Shown here: piece by piece, positions 62,401 to 64,000 of the stretch
Numbering within the stretch: the first letter of the stretch is position 1
Layout: every line of letters starts with the position of its first letter
Notes under the pieces: model-generated
Database searches by the model: none
What the model was told of the DNA's origin: nothing
What the model saw: the letters and a program-made list of their open reading frames with translations, nothing else
Assembly: GCA_002189035.1 (NCBI GenBank)
Contig: CM007991.1
Location: 5,270,001-5,334,000 of the forward strand
Length of the DNA: 64,000 nt
From: Utricularia gibba
Taxonomy: Eukaryota > Plantae > Magnoliophyta
Reading direction: 5' to 3'
Position numbers and translations under genes: made by a program

Positions 62401-63660
62401 GGCATTCTGATCTACTCTCTTTGTTGCCTATTTTCAGTGTAGAAGCCATCTTATGAACTTATACTAATTTCTTTACAATAGAAATCCACTTCCCAACATA
62501 AACTACATGTTTAATCTCACTGGTGCATAAGATTTACAACTGAAAGCCGTTTGCTCCTTGTGGATTGACCTAGAATTGTGACTACTACATTATTTTCTTC
62601 ATGAATGTAATGTAAATTACTTGTTCAGTTTTATAAATATCTTTGATGGGGAAAATCTTTAAGCCTACAAAACCTTTAGAATTTTTCATCTGTCAAAATG
62701 ATGACGTTTCCAAGAAGCTAGGTGCTTTTTAGTTGTTTGTTGTTAATGCATTTGCATTCTTTTGTAGGTGAAACTCTTGTCTTGCTTGATCTAGAGATAG
62801 AGAGAACCACAAGAGAGAAAAAGAATCATGTAAAGAAGAAGTAGCATAAGGCAACCACAAAGGCCAAGAAAGGAGATGCTATACACAAATCAATCATGAA
62901 TGCAAATGGAGTGGAGAAAACTACACATGAGTATGATTGTCCTGATTATTCCTACCCAAGGATTTGGATAAATTTTCGAGAAGACGCCATTGCATTCGTA
63001 CTTAGACCAAGAATCATTACCCTTTTTTTTGAAGTTCCACAGAAATGGCAAAGAAGATGCACACTAGCACTTGGATGGCTATCTTTCAGTCAACGCTACG
63101 GTCAAACTGAAGGAAGTGATAGAAGATAACATGTTGTTACGAGTTTTTCAGTTTGCTCTTGAAGGAGATGCAAAGGATTGGTTCAACACATTAGAATCGG
63201 GAAGCATAGGGAGCTGGACAGAAATGAAGAAGGAGTTCTTGAACAATTATTTTCTGCTTATAAAGGTAGAGGAATTAAGGAGAAAAATTGCAAACATATT
63301 TCAGTTTATGTGAAGACTCATTGCATGAGTATTGGGACAAGTTCAGCAGATTGCTAGCAATTTGTTTGCACCATGGGTATGAGAAGCATACCTTGGTGAA
63401 ATTCTTTTTGGAAGGAATGCTATCACCTATTAGAACACCGTTAAATGCTGCAGCTGGAGGGAGGATGAAGACACTCAACCCTACCAAGGCTTGGATAAAA
63501 ATCAAAGAAAAAATATGTACAACCAAGTGAATTTTGTTGAAAGAAGCTCAATGCCATACGAGAAGGTGAACTAAGGTCTTGAGAATGTGAATGAGATGGA
63601 CAAGAAAATTAGTGAGCTACATGATATGATGAGAGAATTGTGCATGGCTGATAGCACACA
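62400..63660 (+). mobile_element. Athila-like LTR end, decayed PBS and gag remnant
   Basis: LTR-end motif CTCCTTGTGGATTGACC...TATAAAT; PBS-like AAATGATGACGTTTCCAAGAAG (~62696); gag LRVFQFALEGDAKDWFNTLESGSIGSWTEMKKEFLNNYF, EDSLHEYWDKF. Confidence 0.8.
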
Positions 63661-64000
63661 AATTTTCATGTTTTAGGATATGAAAAATCATAACTTTTGA
63701 TTATGTTTAAGTGTTAATTTTATAGTTTTAAGTATTTTTATTTGATTAGGGAAAATATGATTTTTGGTATATTTATGGGCTAAATCCTTTGATTTAGCCC
63801 ACCCCATATCTAACCCGATTTTGGAGTCTAGTAGCAACCCGAAAGTCAAGGAAGAAATTTGGATTTCGTGCAAGTCACCAGGCTGCAGGGGGTAATAAGT
63901 ACATTGTCATGGCGGTAGTTTGCAAGTCAAGGCCAGAAGCAGCAGATTTGTCAGAAAATGTACTTGTCTTGGGTAGTGGAAGGCGAGAGAGAGATGAGGA

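Overview
Plant (angiosperm) nuclear DNA with a gene island in the middle and nested transposon debris on both sides. Positions ~1-16.1 kb hold stacked LTR-retrotransposon fragments (Tat/Retand, Copia, Athila), including two solo LTRs with near-perfect 5-bp target-site duplications inserted into conserved pol motifs. Positions ~20-44.6 kb hold six host genes in two tight triplets. The first is SPL1/12-like SBP-box (+), Ycf20/DUF565 (+) and IST1-like (+). The second is GFS12 BEACH/WD40 (-), an SLC25A44-like mitochondrial carrier (+) and a Dabb barrel protein (-). A MuDR relic and an LTR-like piece lie between the triplets. Positions ~45-64 kb contain a TTF-type hAT 5' half, a triple-deleted Athila element, an unrelated Ac-type hAT 3' half and further degenerate Gypsy remnants. 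I traced exon phases by hand. GFS12, the carrier, Dabb and Ycf20 are intact. SPL and IST1-like each show a one-base frame discontinuity, which is either an assembly error or a real lesion. I found no tRNA, rRNA, known miRNA or CRISPR feature. I cannot support a claim of a novel biological system. The best leads are the SPL frameshift, the compact gene triplets, a foldback repeat upstream of SPL and repair signatures in the deleted Athila element.
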